DNA from: a virus
IMG/VR virus record: IMGVR_UViG_3300047496_000087
Location: 1-40,923 of that record
Length of the DNA stretch: 40,923 bases
Reading direction: 5' to 3' (one strand)
In this document: positions 40,022 to 40,923 of the stretch, piece after piece
Layout: each line of letters begins with the position of its first letter
How positions within the stretch are numbered: position 1 is the stretch's first letter
The notes under the pieces: model-generated
Told to the model about the DNA's origin: nothing
The model's input: only the letters and a program-made list of their open reading frames with translations
Database searches by the model: none
Translations under genes and position numbers: made by a program

Positions 40022-40923
40022 TTAAGAGTATTCAATGACTATACAGTAGCCGGCCCCACCAGTTCCACCAGCACCAGATGTTGTTCCATTTATAGAACCA
40101 CCACCGCCGCCTCCTCCTCCACCCGGTAGGCCACCTGTACCACCTGCCCCAGCAGATCCACCTGTTTTTTGACCACCCCCGCCACCTCCACCAGTACCTC
40201 CGGTAGGACATCCACCTGTTGTTAGATTGCCAGAATTACCATTACCACCGGCAATAGTTCCTGTTTCTATACCACCAGTACCACCGGCTATTATAGATGT
40301 ACCATTATTGTTATAAACAATATCACCACCTGGTCCACCAGCTCTTGCAGTAGAACTATTACCACCACCACCAGCACCCCCACCACTAGGGAACATTAAA
40401 TAAATTTGAGGTTTTGTTGCAGCAATTTGGCCACCAGTACCACCAGTGCTAAGTCCACCAGCACCCCCCTGTGCAGTAACAGATACAGTAGCCACACTAG
40501 AACCAGAAAAGAATTGAGCAGTGGCTCCGCCTGTATTTGTTCCGTTTACACCACCAGCACCATAACTCGTAGGCTGTGGACCAGATGCCAAATTTCCTAG
40601 ACTAGACACAGCGCTTGGATTTCCATTAATACCATCAGTTGTAGAGGATGATTGCCCAGAAGCACCACCACCACCGGCAGCTATAGTTACTGTTTCAGTT
40701 GAGTTAAATGATGATGCTGGTCCTGACCAATAGAGTACATTACCGGCGCCACCTCCAGAGCCACCTCCTGCAGCAGCAGTCAATCCTTGTCTACCAGACC
40801 CACCACCAGCCCCAGAATTCCATAATATGACTGAAACAGTTCTGGTGTTGGCACCTTTTGTCCAAGTTCCACTCCCACTAAAGGTAGTAGTAGTTACACC
40901 ACCAATAGTAGTAATTGAGCCAG
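40022..40923 (-). CDS. Glycine-rich paralog D, C-terminal part; truncated by the window end and continuing at 128..206 via the circular junction
   Basis: The open frame runs to the window end. The track start at 40783 is an internal Met. C-terminus: GGGGGGGGSINGTTSGAGGTGGAGYCIVIEYS. Confidence 0.8.
   Translation of the reverse strand, partial: GSITTIGGVTTTTFSGSGTWTKGANTRTVSVILWNSGAGGGSGRQGLTAAAGGGSGGGAGNVLYWSGPASSFNSTETVTIAAGGGGASGQSSSTTDGINGNPSAVSSLGNLASGPQPTSYGAGGVNGTNTGGATAQFFSGSSVATVSVTAQGGAGGLSTGGTGGQIAATKPQIYLMFPSGGGAGGGGNSSTARAGGPGGDIVYNNNGTSIIAGGTGGIETGTIAGGNGNSGNLTTGGCPTGGTGGGGGGGQKTGGSAGAGGTGGLPGGGGGGGGGSINGTTSGAGGTGGAGYCIVIEYS
40797..40923. repeat. Terminal overlap, identical to 1-127
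   Basis: See the first feature. Confidence 0.95.

Noticed and set aside
1-40923. A diversity-generating retroelement acting on the fibre or Gly-rich genes
   Set aside because: I found no reverse transcriptase ORF and no template/variable repeat pair with adenine-specific differences. The paralog differences are distributed over all bases.

Overview
The window is one complete, circularly closed phage genome. Bases 1-127 are identical to 40797-40923, so the unit length is 40796 bp. The gene order is podovirus-like and I found no tape-measure gene. About 30 kb is one minus-strand transcription block. It runs from a divergent promoter switch (33961-34090) through an early block of small ORFans. 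These include an ERF recombinase, a RusA resolvase, a terS-like HTH protein and a GroES-like co-chaperonin. The block continues into terL, portal, small basic proteins, scaffold, major capsid, tail/nozzle and internal virion proteins. It ends in a host-recognition module of about 13.7 kb that crosses the circular junction. A short plus-strand operon (34091-35535) carries a second ERF-like gene. Two plus-strand cassettes (8879-9334, 30923-31195) sit head-on inside the minus block. The main findings are listed here. (1) The major capsid gene is split into three exons by two paralogous ORF-less group I introns of about 210 nt, with recognisable P1 (U.G), P3, P7, P8, P9 and a terminal G. (2) Four tandem paralogous polyglycine-run proteins lie between mosaic tail-fibre genes. 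(3) Five fibre-like genes share shuffled N-terminal, internal and C-terminal modules. (4) The 3' end of the GroES-like gene is duplicated on either side of a 66-aa Cys-rich ORF. (5) A motif of about 25 nt recurs at early-gene junctions. (6) A 520-bp intergenic hub is rich in symmetric elements and is a candidate origin or control region. I recognised no endolysin, DNA polymerase, integrase, tRNA or CRISPR array. All functional calls come from motif recognition by eye, not from database searches.
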